DNA of 63,592 bases, filler included, from Chiloscyllium plagiosum (lineage: Eukaryota): the NCBI RefSeq assembly GCF_004010195.1. It is 5 parts of one record of this genome, joined end to end, with 100 filler letters (N's around TTAATTAATTAA, not from the genome) between each part and the next. Parts side by side here need not be neighbours in the genome. Positions count along the whole stretch, not along the records: positions 13,237 to 28,703 come from NC_057716.1; positions 28,804 to 57,640 come from NC_057716.1; 3 more parts are not named here. One strand, given 5' to 3'. Below, one piece after another: positions 26,501 to 40,124 of the stretch. The position numbers and the translations under genes were made by a program. A model generated the notes under the pieces. That model saw only the letters and a program-made list of their open reading frames with translations. It searched no databases and was not told the DNA's origin. Position 1 is the stretch's first letter, and each line of letters starts with the position of its first letter.

Positions 26501-28070
26501 ACAAGGACTGCAGATGCTGAAAACCAGATTCTAGATTAGAGTGGTGCTGGAAAAGCACAGCAGGTCAGGCAGCATCCGAGGAGCAGGAAAATTGACGTTT
26601 TGGGCAAAAGCCGGTGAGCATAATGTCAGTGGTGGTAAGTTGTTGGAAGTGATTCTGAGAGATAGATCGACATGCATTTGAAACGGAAAGGACTGATTAG
26701 GGATAGAACATGGTTTTGTGTGTGGGAAATTGTGCCTCTCAAATTTGATTGAATTTTTTGAAGAGGTGACCGAGAAGATAGATGAAGGCAGAGCAGTAGA
26801 CATTATCTACGTGGACTTTAGTGCATGGTAGACTGGTTAGTAAGGTTAGATGACATGGGATCCAGAGACAGCTAGCCAATTGGATACAAAATTATCTTGA
26901 CAGTAGCAGGTGGTAGTACAGGGTTGTTGCTCAGACTGGAGGCTCGTGACCAGTGGTGTACTGCATTGATTCGTACTGGGTCCACTGTTGTTCATCATTT
27001 ATATAAACGATTTGGATGAAAATATAGGAGGCATAGTTAGTAAATTGTAGAGGATTCAAAAATTGGTGGTATATTGGGAGGTGAAGAAGGTTATCTAAGA
27101 GTACAATGATCTTGACCAAGGCACCAATGAACGTCAGGTGTATTTAATTCAGATAAATGCGAGGTGTTGTATTTTGGTAAGACAAACCAGGGCATGGCTT
27201 ACACAAACTGTGCTGTACATCTCTATGACTATAATTGATGGTTGGGCCCTATGGGGGTGTTGAGCAGAGAGATGGAGAGGTGCAGGTACATTGTTTCTTA
27301 AAAGTGGCATCACAGGTAGACTGCATGGTGATGGCCGCGGTTGGCATGCTTACCTTTATCGTCACAGCACTGAGTATAGCAGTTGGGATGTTCCTGCTAT
27401 AGGAAGGATGTTATTAAACTGGAAAGGATACAACAATATTTACAAGCATATTACTGAGACTGAAAGGTTTGAGTTATAGGGAGAGACTGGAGCATAGGAG
27501 GCTGAGGGATGACGTTACAGAGGTTTATACAAACATGAAAGATATAGATGTGGTGAATAGCCAAGGTCTTATTCCCAGGGTTGGGGAGTCCAAATCTAGA
27601 GGGCATAGGTTTAAGATGAGAGGAGAAAGATTTAAAAAGGACCTGAGAGCCACATTTTCACACAGGGGGAGGTGCATAAAACGAAACAAGGTGCCAAAGG
27701 AAGTGGTAGACGCGGGTACAAATACAACATTTAAAAGACATTTGAACAGGTCTATGGACAGGAAAGATTCAAAGAGATATGGGTCAAATGCCAGCAAATG
27801 GGACAAGTTTGATTTAGAAAACCCGGTCAGCATGGATGAGTCGGGCTGAAGGTCTGTTTCTGTGCTGTATGACTCTATGAGTCTATGTGTTCAACAAAAT
27901 GCGTAAATAGAAAAAGACTGCAAGTCTATTTTGTAGTTTTAAAACAAATGCTGGAAAATGGAGAAATCTCCAAATTGAAACAGGTGGATAGCAGCAATCA
28001 GCTATTTGATTGCTTAATCCAGAAAGGATGAAGCTGTCAGAAACTAATACAAATATTAGATAGGCAGCTT
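23560..28070 (+). mobile_element. Highly degenerate Ty1/Copia (GalEa-like) retrotransposon with nested PLE and CR1
   Basis: Broken-frame translation gives gag (PSLFPECEPYDQ..VIMWNYVTSLPKSKQ..DEGLDKLLTFVDKIHEKDHLLTAYE..IPQSVLTFRLLDCA), protease region (FNFAVLND..GISWLKFYMDSL), integrase (RDFSEVMAMDL..HFVDSAARFS) and the RNase H end (LKQMLENGEISKLKQVDSSNQLFDCL). Confidence 0.65.
26380..27885 (+). mobile_element. CR1 LINE RT/3' fragment
   Basis: NYRPVS, HGFVCGKLCLSNLIEFFEEVT and RRLRDDVTEVY motifs with a CTCTATGA tail. A PLE fragment is inserted at about 26495-26612. Confidence 0.85.
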
Positions 28071-28185
28071 TGGAACTCTTATTCTGGTGTTTTATAACTT
28101 GTTCCAGCTTAAGTATGCTTGGGAACTAACCTATTGGAAATTCAACTGTAAAAGGGCTCACAGCCAACACAACTAATTATAATTA

Positions 28186-29310
28186 GAGTCATAGAGTCAT
28201 AGAAATGCACAGTATGGAAACAGACCCTTCGGTCCAACCCGTCCATGCCGACCAGATATCCCAACCCAATCTAGTCCCACCTGCCAGCACCCGGCCCATA
28301 TCCCTCCAAACCCTTCCTATTCATATACTCATCCAAATGCCTCTTAAATGTTGCAATTATACCAGCCACCACCACATCCTCTGGCAGCTCATTCCATACA
28401 CGTACCACCCTCTGCGTGAAAAAGTCACCCCTTAGGTCTGTTTTATATCTTTTGCCTCTCACCCTAAACCTATGCCCTCTAGCTCTGGACTCCCCGACAC
28501 CAGGGAAAAGACTTTGTTTATTTATCCTATCCATGCCCCTCATAATTTTGTAAACCTCTATAAGGTCACCCCTCAGCCTCCGATGCTCCAGGGAAAACAG
28601 CCCCAGCCTGTTCAACCTCTCCCTGTAGCTCAGATCCTCCAACCCTGGCAACATCCTTGTAAATCTTTTCTGAACCCTTTCAAGTTTCACAACATCTTTC
28701 CGANNNNNNNNNNNNNNNNNNNNNNNNNNNNNNNNNNNNNNNNNNNNTTAATTAATTAANNNNNNNNNNNNNNNNNNNNNNNNNNNNNNNNNNNNNNNNN
28801 NNNGTTTTGCCCTCCTGATTTCTCTCTTAAGTAAACTCCTACTTCCTTTATACTCTTCTAAGGATTCACTCGATCTATCCTGTCTGTACCTGACATACGC
28901 TTCCTTCTTTGTCTTAACCAAACCGTCAATTTCTTTAGTCATCCAGCATTCCCTATACCTACCAGCCTTCCCTTTCATCCTGACAGGAATATACTTTCTC
29001 TGGATTCTTGTTATCTCATTTCTGAAGGCTTCCCATTTTCCAGCTGTCCCTTTACCTGCAAATTTCTGCCTCCAATCAGCTTTCGAAAGTTCTTGCCTAA
29101 TACCGTCAAAATTGGCCTTTCTCCAATTTAGAACTTCAACTTTTAGATCTGGTTTATCCTTTTCATCACTATTTTAAAACAAATAGAATTACGGTCGCTG
29201 GCCCCAAAGTGCTCCCCCACTGACACCTCAGTCACCTGCCCTGCCTTATTTCCCAAGAGTAGGTCAAGTTTTGCACTTCTCTAGTAGGTACATCCACATA
29301 TGAATCAGAA
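28186..29310 (-). mobile_element. Young CR1 LINE pieces separated by a gap
   Basis: Intact C-terminus LERVQKRFTRMLPG...RRLRGDLIEVYK...FFTQRVVRVWNELP. The EN-RT linker lies beyond the gap. Confidence 0.9.
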
Positions 29311-30089
29311 AATGTAACAAACAAAGGCATTTGGTATCCTCGATTGGGTCGTCATTGCTTTCCCACTGACTCAAGAGGCTACAGACATCTCCCTCTGTTG
29401 TCTTCAAAATCTCCCCTGTAACCAGAAACTCTTCTTGTGTTGTCATGATCTGACCTTCTTAACTGTCTGCTAATGATTACATTAACATTTTTAATCACAG
29501 CCTAGAATCCAGGTTGTGGATCACGATCCAATCATAAACAAGCCATCAGACATATGGTTGCAATTACATCAGACCATTCAGGCAGAACTCGCACAACTAC
29601 AATTAACCCTGTATCAACCAAGAACTGATTAAAAAATACAAACGTTAATAAAAAGGAATTCATAACACACACAGAGTATTAAAAATATTTTTAAAAGATA
29701 CAATAAGAATAAAAGTTTCCATATTTCTAAGATAATCACTTGGTTATATTATACCTGCAACTCTACCTCTGGCCTATGCTTTTGCGTGGATATCCTCTTG
29801 GCTTGGATGCCAAAAGATAAGAAGCATTCCCAGAAATACCTTCAAAATACAAATCAAAAGAAAATAATTTATTATCACAGGAGCCTTTGAGTTTATTCAA
29901 GTTATTTTCAAATACTTCCAACTGTTTATTGTGTAGTCCTTTATCAATGCCTAATTTGCTGCTGGTGGAATAGTACCTGGTGGAATTTTATGGCTTTCAG
30001 GACCCTGGATGGCAGGATAGGATTGGGAAGGAGTAGCAACCATGATATTGGGCACCATGGCAGGAGTACCTGTTCCATATACAATCCAC

Positions 30090-30357
30090 CAGGTGAAAGG
30101 GCAGCATAATTCCTCACAGTGTCAAGGATCTGGGTTCAATTCCTGCGCTGGGTGGCCCACTGTGTGGAGTTTGCATGTTTTCCCAATGTCTACATGGGTT
30201 TCTTCTGGGTGCTTCCTCCTACTGTCATAAGATGTGCAGGTTAGGTAGATTGACATGGTCCATGTGAGGTTACTGTAAAAGGGTGAGAAGCTCTTCAGAG
30301 GGTTGGTGCAGACTTAATGGGCAGAATGACTTCTTTCCACATGGTAGGGATTCTATG
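30090..30357 (+). mobile_element. Degenerate HE1-related SINE
   Basis: GGGTTCAATTCC B box and TGTGTGGAGTTTGCATGTTTTCCC core. Confidence 0.6.
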
Positions 30358-33089
30358 AAAGCTGGAGGAATAGTGGCCAGACAAGATTGTGGTGCTTTCG
30401 TTTTAGTCCTCTTTGTGCATTGGAGGTCCTCACCCTTCAGGTATTCCTCCTTCCCTGTACTTCCTCTATTCCCACTGCTCTGCCTCCACCTACCTTCACT
30501 GACCTAACCAGAGTCTGCCAGCCTGGTCCTGATGAGACGTCAGACTTATCTTCATTCAAACTCCATGATGCTTTTTTTTACAGGACTGTTTGTACTACCC
30601 ACATGGTCCCCTGGTCCTGATGGCACTGTCATTTGATTGACCAACAAATCATCCCCGATGGGGATGGAAGTCTCACTTCAAGCCAATTAAAGACCCATTG
30701 GCCATTCAACAGCTCTGGGATGAACAGGCCAAGTGGAGGCAAGCTCATCCCAACAGCTGGAAACCTAGTGAAAAATTCAGCCCACTAGATAAAAAGAAAA
30801 CTTCCTTTCTGTCCAAGAGAAAGAGCCATGTGGAGTTTGGAAAATGTTTATGTTCACAATCCTGTTACATTATTACCCAATTTCCTACTTGACACTCAAG
30901 GTGTATTCCCACTCTGCTAAAGTACAGAATTTTTCTGAATTTGACTGAGGTCATAGAGTCATACAGCACAGAAACTGACCTTTTGGTCCAACTCATCCCT
31001 GCAGACCAGTCATCTCAAAATGACCTGGTCCCATTTGCCAGCATTTGGCTCATATTCCTCTAAACCTACTTGCTGATCCCATAATTTTTGATATTTCCTC
31101 CGTGAGGATTATAGTCCACATCTAATATTAACTCAAATGTCATTCTTACGCGAAAGAAAACTCCCAAAGCAGCATTTTGGCTTCACTTAGCACGGCCACT
31201 TGCAAAGTAGCAAAGAGGACTTAATTACTACTTGGAGAAACCTTGAGAGTCATGCGTCAACAGACTAATTGAACTCTCATTTATATTACAGAAATGTTAG
31301 CTCTTGTAGCTGCTGTATTTATGTCATTGTTCCTGTTATGTTTCCAATCACTGCTAACTCCAAGTATGTTGATGGTGATGGACAATTAGTGGTAATGTCT
31401 TTGAATATCATGGGGAGATGGTTTGATATTGTCTTGCTAGACAGCATATAACTTTAGGTTGGTAAATAATGAGTAACATTTGTATCAAACAAGTACTGAC
31501 CAATGATCATATCCAAAAAAGTAAGCCCAACAACTTCCCAATTATGTTGCATAGTATTATCATTGTGAATTGCCAACAATCAAAATGCTGGAGTCACACT
31601 TCAAACCCAGTGCTGCTGCAGCTCTACTTAATTAGACTTGATAGTTGATGCACAAGTGGTCCTTCAGGATACGCAATGCAGGATTTCCCACATGGCACAG
31701 CATGTTTACTCAATAGCACGGTGTTTCCTTGCAATGTATTTACTTTCTAGACTCTTAGCCAGAAACAATGTAATTAATGACCAGGTCTCGCTGTCTTCTG
31801 CTCACTCACATAGACTGCTTCTTGCTTCATGAAAGCTGAGAACAGCTTTCCTTCGCTAACCAAATTCCCTCATTCCACAAGTTCTCTGGGTTAAATAATA
31901 TGTTCAAGCAATACTGTGAGCTGGGCTCTGTGCTACTAATTTGTCTTTTCTCAGATTACTCCAAATATAGCAAGTGATAACTTTCTTTTATTGCATATTC
32001 TTCATTTGACTAAGCATAATTGTCGGTCATATTGGTAACAAAGCAATTAAAATTATTAAATCTTCCACTAACACAACCTTTACTTCTTAAAGCAAGTGCA
32101 TTCTACAAAATTGTTCAATCAATATCTTCTGCAAATCCAGCATACACTAATTATTTCAATAATACTTGGCACCAAAATGAGAAAAAAAAGATTATTTTCT
32201 AGTTGGTGCAATTGCAATACTATTTAAACACTAAAATAGTGTTTTTTTCTTTGTTTGATAAGGAAAAGGCAACAAGTTATACAGGAGCATTAGTTGCGGC
32301 TGCCCTTTGCCACTTTTTCAAGTAGCCATTCATGTAAAAACAGGAGTGGATTCTACAAGTTATTCAACATATGCTCAACTTGTGAACTCTGAATTGCCCA
32401 TGAGATCAAGAAGAGTAGCTATTATGTGTTTACTTATGTGAAATGTGTTCCCACTAAACACGAAGATAGTGACAATTGGAAAACCCAGGCTAATATCTCA
32501 GACACGATAATACACCTCGCCTGACATAGTTCATAACAAATTTAACAATTTGCTGTTCTATGGTGACCACAGTTGATATGCATGTAGTAAATAATATATT
32601 GTTTGGCTGCTATAATGCTGCTGTTTTTTAAGATGGACAGTCATTTTCAAATCAAAGTCTGTTCCTGGGAATAAGCAACACCAGAAGTCATTCAGTTTCA
32701 TTTTTATTTATCAGGGAATGGTTTTGTCAGTTTCTGGTTACAAAATGCAACATTTTCAAACAGTTTTGCATGGTGGACATCTGCAAGACTAACTGTTTAC
32801 GTTATATTATTAGCAGATCTCTTGCAGTATGGGCTTATGTTTTGCAAAAATTTCCTTTTTATAATAGCATGATGACATATAATACAAAACAGTAGCAGAA
32901 ATGTCATACTTAGTTTTCAACTGAGCTACTGCAAACTTTAGAAATCCATCAAATCCTGGCTTTTGGAATCAATAACAAAAAAATGGAATCTGGTTCGGTC
33001 ACTAGCGTTAACATTATCACACGCTTTTCCACATATTCTATAAATGTTTGCTACCAAGTATTTTCACATTTTACTTCACAGGTGCGTAA

Positions 33090-33827
33090 CCTCCAAGAAA
33101 GGTAAGAGAGGTAGGAAGGTAATGCAGGGTTTTCTGTAGCTATCCCCATCTCAAACAGGTTTTGTAAAATGTAGGAAGTGCAGGAGTTGGGAGGTCATGT
33201 TGCGGCTATATAGGACATTGGTTAGGCCACTGTTGGAATATTGCGTGCAATTCTGGTCTCCTTCCTATCGGAAAGATGTTGTGAAACTTGAAAGGGTGGG
33301 TTGGACCGAAGAGTCTGTTTCCATGCTGTACATCTCTATGACTCTATGACTCTAAGTGATGGACTCTCAGGGGAATAGGATCATAGAGATGTAAAGCATG
33401 GAAACAGACCCTTCAGTCCAACTCAGCCATGCCAACCAGACAGCCTAAATTAATCTAGTCCCACTTGCCAGCACTTGGCCCATATCCATCTAAACCGTTC
33501 CTATTCATATACCATCCAGACGCCTTTTAAATGTTGTAATTATAACAGCGTCCACCACTTCCTCTGGCAGCTCATTCCATACATACCACCCTCTGCATGA
33601 AAAAGTTGCCCATTAGGTCCCTTTTAAATATTTCCTCTCTCGGGTCTCCCCCACCCCATGGAAAAGATATTGTCTATTTAGCCTATCCATGCTCCCTTAT
33701 GATTTTATAAATCTCTGTAAGGTCACCCCTCAGCCTCCAATGCTCCAGGGAAACAGCCCCAGCCTATTCAGTTTCTCCCTGTAGCTCAAATCCTCCAACC
33801 TTGGCAACATCCTTGTAAATCTTTTCT
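33090..33827. mobile_element. Cluster of CR1 fragments in both orientations
   Basis: ORF1-like piece at about 33090, a + strand 3' end at about 33180-33352, and a - strand 3' end at about 33378-33827. Confidence 0.75.
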
Positions 33828-34399
33828 TGTAATCCCCTGTTACATTAGAACCAGTCTTAGTACCAGAAATTTGGCTATTCATGCTACATGGCAGGAACAA
33901 AGTAGACAATGAGGTAAATGAAACTGCATTTATTTCAATACAAGAGACCTAACAGGGAAGGCAGATGAACTCAGGGCATAGTTATGAACATGGGACTGGG
34001 ATATCATTTCAATTACAGTGACGTGGATTGGGGATGGACAGGACTGGCAGCTTAATGTTCCAGGATATCAGTGCTATAGGAGGGATGGGGAGGGGCAAGA
34101 CAGGAGGGGGACTGGCATTTTTGATCAAGGATAACATTACAGCTGTATTTAGGGAGGACATTCCTGGGAATATGTCCAGGGAAGTTATTTGAGTGGAACT
34201 GAGAAATAAGAAAGGGATGATCATCTGATTGGGATTGTACTATAACCGCCTCAATGGTCAGCAGGGAATTGAGCAACAAATTTGTAAGGAGATCTCAGTT
34301 ATCTGTAAGAATAATAGTGTGGTAATGGTTGGGATATTAACTTTCCAAACATAGACTGGGACCGCTACGGTGTTAAGGGTTTAGATGGAGAGGAATTTA

Positions 34400-36350
34400 G
34401 GGTGTAGGTATGCTCGCTGAGCTGTAGGTTTGATATCCAGACGTTTCATTACCTGGCTAGGTAACATCATCAGTGGCGACCTCCAAGTGAAGTGAAGCTG
34501 TTCTCTCCTGCTTTCTATTTATATCTTTCTCCTGAATGGGGTTCCTGGGGTTTGTGGTGATGTCATTTCCTGTTCGTTTTCTGAGGGGTTGATAGATGGC
34601 ATCTAGATCTATGTGTTTGTTTATGGCATTGTGGTTGGAGTGCCAGGCCTCTAGGAATTCTCTGGCATGTCTTTGCTTAGCCTGTCCCAGGATAGATGTG
34701 TTGTCCCAGCCGAAATGGTGGTTTTTTTCATCCATGTGTAGAGCTACAAGGGAGAGAGGGTCGTGTCTTTTTGTGGCTAGCTGGTGTTCGTGTATCCTGG
34801 TGGCTAACTTTCTTCCTGTTTGTCCTACGTAGTGTTTGTGGCAGTCCTTGCATAGAATTTTGTAGATGACGTTGTTTTGCCCATGGGTTGTACTGGGTCT
34901 TTTAAGTTTGTTAGTTTTTGTTTGAGAGTGTTGGTGGGTTTGTGTGCTACTAGGAATCCGAGGGGTCTTAGTTGTCTGGCTGTCATTTCTGAAACTTCTT
35001 TGATGTATGGTAAGGTGGTTAGGGTTTCTGGCTGTGTTTGGTCTGCTTGTCATGGTTTGTTCTTGAGAAATCTGCGCACTGTATTTTTTGAGTATCTGTT
35101 CTTCATGAATACGTTGTATAGGTGGTTCTCCTCTGTTTTCCGAAGTTCGTCTGTGCTGCAGTGTGTGGTGGCTCATTGGAATAGTGTTCTGATACAGCTT
35201 TGTTTGTGTGTGTTGGGATGGCTGCTGGNNNNNNNNNNNNNNNNNNNNNNNNNNNNNNNNNNNNNNNNNNNNNNNNNNNNNNNNNNNNNNNNNNNNNNNN
35301 NNNNNNNNNNNNNNNNNNNNNNNNNNNNNNNNNNNNNNNNNNNNNNNNNNNNNNNNNNNNNNNNNNNNNNNNNNNNNNNNNNNNNNNNNNNNNNNNNNNN
35401 NNNNNNNNNNNNNNNNNNNNNNNNNNNNNNNNNNNNNNNNNNNNNNNNNNNNNNNNNNNNNNNNNNNNNNNNNNNNNNNNNNNNNNNNNNNNNNNNNNNN
35501 NNNNNNNNNNNNNNNNNNNNNNNNNNNNNNNNNNNNNNNNNNNNNNNNNNNNNNNNNNNNNNNNNNNNNNNNNNNNNNNNNNNNNNNNNNNNNNNNNNNN
35601 NNNNNNNNNNNNNNNNNNNNNNNNNNNNNNNNNNNNNNNNNNNNNNNNNNNNNNNNNNNNNNNNNNNNNNNNNNNNNNNNNNNNNNNNNNNNNNNNNNNN
35701 NNNNNNNNNNNNNNNNNNNNNNNNNNNNNNNNNNNNNNNNNNNNNNNNGTTGGTAGAGATGTTTGTTCTAGTCTTTGCATTACTGCTTCTGCTATGAATC
35801 TTGATAGCGGAGATCCCATGGGTGTGCCGTTGGTTGTTTGTACATTATGTTGTTGAAAGTGAAGTGGGTGGTGAGGCACAGGTCCACTAGCTTCATGATG
35901 TTTTCATTGGTAATGGGATTGATGGTGGTTGGTGTGTGTGTGATGGTCTCTTCTAAAAGTGCGGTAAGTGTTTCCTTTGCCATGTTGATGGAGGTGAACA
36001 GTGCTGTTATGTCGAATGAGATCATTGCTTCTTCTTCCTCTATTTTGGTGTTTTTGATGATTTTTAGGAATTCCTGGGGGGAGTGGATGGAGTGCTGTGA
36101 CTCTTCTACTAGGTATTTCAGTCTTGCGTGTAGTTCTTTGGCCAGTCTGTAAGTTGGTGTTCCGGGTAGTGAGACTATAGGTCTGAGGGGGGCTCCTGGT
36201 TTATGGATTTTTGGTAGTCCATAGAATCATGGGGTGTTGGTCCCGTCGGGTTTCATTTTCTGGAATTCCGTCTTGTTTAATTGTCTGGAATTGTATAATT
36301 TTCTCCGGAGGTATGTAATTTTGTTTCCCAGTTGTGGGGTCGGGTCTAGC
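34400..36350 (-). mobile_element. Penelope-like element (RT plus GIY-YIG), 5'-truncated and gapped
   Basis: RT motifs FYGLPKIHKPGAPLRPIVS, MISFDITALFTSI and NGTPMGSPLS; endonuclease NVIYKILCKDCHKHYVGQTGRKLATRIHEH...REFLEAWHS. Putative TSD AGAGGAATTT / AGAGGAGTTT. Confidence 0.9.
34437..34476 (-). ncRNA. Minimal hammerhead ribozyme motif (PLE)
   Basis: CCA-CUGAUGA-U-GUUACCU(AGCC)AGGUAAU-GAAAC-GUC-UGG; stem I CCA/UGG and a 7-bp stem II. Confidence 0.75.
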
Positions 36351-39300
36351 GCCAGAGAGGAGTTTGTTGGTGTGTACAAGAAAATTTTCTGATTCAGTAT
36401 CTACCAGAAAAGGTGCAAAATTTGACCTATTCTTGAGAACTAAGGCAGGACAAGTGACTGAGGTGTCAGTAGGGGAGTACTTTGGGGCCTGTGACCATTA
36501 TTCTATAAGTTTTAAAATAGTGATGGAAAAGGATAGACTGGATCCAAAAGTTAAAGTTCTAAATTGGAGGAAGGCCAATTTTGACGTTATTAGGCAAGAA
36601 CTTTCAAAAGTTGATGTTCGAAGATAAATGGATGGTTGGAAATTGGGAAGCCTTCAAAAATGAGATAACAAGAGTCCAGAGACAGTATGTTCCTGTTAGT
36701 GTGAAAGGCAAGGCAGGTAGGTGTAGGGAATGCTGGATGACTAGAGAAATTGAGGTTTTGGTCAGGAAAAAGAAGGAAGCATATGTCAGGCACAGACAGC
36801 AGAGATCGAATGAATCCTTAGAAGAGTATAAAGGCAGTAGGAGTATACGTAAGAGGGAAATCAGGAAGGCAAAAAGAGGACTTTAGCTTTAGCAAATAAG
36901 GTTTAGGAGAATCCAAACTGATTTTACAAATAAATTAAGGACAAAAGGGTGACTAGGGAGAGAATAGGGCCCGTCAGAAATCAGCAAGGCAGCCCATGTC
37001 TGGAACTGCAGAAGAAGGGCCAGATACTAAATGAGTATTTTGCATCAGTGTTTATTGTGGACAAGGACATAGAAGATGTAGAATGTGGGAAAATAATGGT
37101 GACATGTTGAAAATGTCCATACTACAGAGTAGGAGGTGCTGGATGTCTTAAACCACATAAATTCCTAGGACCTGATCAGGTGTAGCCTGGAACTCTGTGG
37201 GAAGCTAGGGAAATGATTGCTGGGCACTTAGTTGAGATATTTGATTCATCTATAGTCACTGGTGCGGTGGCGGAAGACTGGAGGTTGGTGCCACTATTTA
37301 AGAAAGGTGATAAGGAAAAGCTAGGGAACAATAGACTGGTGAACCAGACGTCAGTGGTAGGCAAGTTGTTGGAGGAATCCTGAGGGACAAGATTTACATG
37401 TATTTGGATAGACAAGGACTGATTAGGAATAATCAACATGTCTATGTGCATGGGAAATCATGACTCACTAACTTGATTGAGTTTTTAGAAGAAATAACAA
37501 AGATTATTGATGAGGGTAGAGTGGTGGACTTGATCTATATGGACTTCAGTAAGGCATTCAACAAGGTTCCTCACGGTAGACTGGTTAGCAAGGTTAGATC
37601 ACATGGAATACAGGGAGAACTAGCCATTTGGATACAGAACTGGCTCAAAGCTAGAAGACAGAGGGTGGTGGTGGAGGGTTGCCTTTCAGACTAGAGACTT
37701 GTGAACAGCGGTGTGCCACAAGGAGCGGTGCTGGGTCCACTGCTTTTTGTCATTCAAATAAATGATTTGTATGTGAACATAGGAGGTATGGTTAGTAATT
37801 TTACAGATGACACCAAAATTGGAGGCGTAGTGGACAGTGAAGAAGGTTACCCCAGAGTACAACAGGATCTTGATCAAATGGGGCAATGGGCTGAGGAAAG
37901 GCAGTTGGAGTTTAATTTAGACAAATGTGACACGCTGCATTTGGGAAAGGCAAATCAGGACAGGACTTATATACTTAATAGTAAGGTCCTGGGGAGTGTT
38001 GCTGAACAAAGAGTGCAGGTTGAAAGTGGAGTCGCAGGTAGATGGTCAGTGTGTTGAGTATAGGAGATGATGGGTCATGTTGCAACTGTACAGGATATTG
38101 GTTAGACCACTTTTAGAATATTGTGTGCCATTCTGATCTCTCTTCTATAGGAAGGATGTTGTGAGACTTGAAAAGGGTTCCGAAAGATTTACAAGGCTGT
38201 TGCCAGGGTTGGAGGGATTGAGCTATAGGGAGAGCTGAATGGCTGGGGCTGTTTTCCTTGGAGCGTCGAAGGCTGAGGGGTGACCTTATAGAGATTGATA
38301 AATTCAGAGGGAGCACGGATAGGCTAAACAGACAAGGTCTTTTTCCTAGGGTGGGGGAATCCAGAATTAATGGGCATAGGTTTAGGGTGAGAGGGGAAAA
38401 ATTTAAAAGAAACCTCGTTCAACTTTTTCATGCAGAAGGTAATTTGTGTATGGAATGAGTTACCAGAGGAAGTGGTGGAGGCTGGTACAATTACAACATT
38501 TAAGAGGCAGCTGGATGGGTACGTGAATAGGAAGGGTTTATATGGATATGTGCCAAGTGCTGGCAAATGGGACTAGATTGATTTAGGATATCTGTACGGT
38601 GTGAATGAGTTGGACCGAAGGGTTTGTATACATGTTGTACATCTTGATAACTCTATGACTCTATCTCAAAATAATCAAAATTGTAGTACTCAAAACAACC
38701 CACTGATGGCACTACTAAGCTAACATACATTAATAAAATTTAGTAAATTATACCCTGACAGAATGAAGTGTGAAATATAATAATCATTTTAATGATAGTT
38801 GCTACAATCTTAAACATAAATGAATATTGTCAACACAAGATGATAAGCAGCATTGTATCAGCCTCATATTTTAAGTTTATAGATGAAATTTTTTTTAAAA
38901 TCTCAACATTAAAGAAAAAGGAATTTTTAGACTTTTCTGAATGCAAATATGTTCATGACAGTTTCTCAAGATACATTTGCTCACTAATGACTCTTTGATG
39001 GTCACTCAGTGTAGTTCATAAAAATAAAATGGATTTCTTATCTTGTCATATTTTTAAAACATTGCGAGATGAATCAGCTGTTTGGTACAACTAAATGCAA
39101 TTCAAAACTCATACAGTGACAAACTAAGAGTCAATCATATTGCTGTGGATTGGGGTCACATGAGGGCCAGACTCAGAAAAGTTGGCAAATATCCTTTCCT
39201 AAAGGATGTTAGTGAACCAGTTGGGTTTTACAACAACTGATTATTGCTTCATAGTCACTGAATAGCTTTCAGTTCCAAATGTATTTGAAATTCTACCAGC

Positions 39301-39360
39301 TGATGTGATAGAGTTTGAAACCATGCCTCCAAAACATTAGCCTAGACCACAGAATTATGA

Positions 39361-39540
39361 TCTGAAAAATGTGTTGCTGAAAAAGCACAGCAAGTCAGGA
39401 AGCATCCAAGGAGCAGGAGAATCGACGTTTCGGGCATAAGCCCTTCTTCCTGCTCCTTGGATGCTGCCTGACCTGCTGTGCTTTTCCAGCAACACATTTT
39501 TCAGCTCTGATTTCCAGCATCTGCAGTCCTCACTTTCTCC
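39361..39540. mobile_element. PLE-derived hairpin element with TSD
   Basis: Inverted arms TGAAAAATGTGTTGCTG.../...CAGCAACACATTTTTCA, flanked by the direct repeat (CC)ACAGAATTATGA at 39347-39360 and 39539-39552. Confidence 0.8.
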
Positions 39541-40124
39541 ACAGAATTATGAGGCCATCTACGTTACCACTAGGCCATGTCATCTCATGGACGCTCAGTT
39601 TTCATCCTAAATCTGTTTGAAATATATCCCATTAAGCAGAGTGAGTCAAAATCCTGGAATTCCCTCCTTAACAGCCTTGTGGGTCTACCTACAGCAAATG
39701 GACTGCAGTGGTTCAAAAAGGCAGTTCACCAGCACCTTCTCATGGTAATTAAGGATGAGCAATAAATGCTTGCACCGCATCCCATGAATTAATTTAAAAA
39801 ACTAAATATTTATGGCTAAATAGATTAACTAGAAACTCAAGTAATGATAATTGGGTTGATCTCATCAACACTACAGAGGACAAACATCTAGATTTTCACT
39901 TGTGAGTGGGTTTACAGACATGTAAAATTTTGTAGCTCACTACACTCACCTTGGCAATAACTCTATTGAATCGTTCAATTTTGCCTTTAGGATCTGGATG
40001 CAGTTTGAAATTGAAACTGACCATGGAAGCAGGAGGGATATAGCAGCAGACCTACTTTGGGAAATACAACATGAGCACAGTCTAAAAGGGCAGCCTGTGG
40101 AGAGAATGTGCTGTGATCCAGGAA

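Larger units (their letters stand above)
33915..38665 (+). mobile_element. CR1 LINE ORF2 (EN, RT, 3' tail) interrupted by a Penelope element
   Basis: EN start before 34399; resumes at about 36358; MDFSKAFNKVPH, SGVPQGAVLGPLLF and RRRLRGDL motifs; CTCTATGACTCTAT tail. Confidence 0.9.

Noticed and set aside
33082..33101. Apparent micro-exon CAG|GTGCGTAACCTCCAAGAAAG|GTAAGA
   Set aside because: It overlaps a CR1 ORF1-like fragment (VTSKKGKRGRKVMQG..AIPISNR), so the splice signals are likely coincidental.
34877..35879. Long ORFs spanning N gaps (also 61997-62752 and 62010-62564)
   Set aside because: Their length comes from X residues; the real parts belong to the PLE or env.
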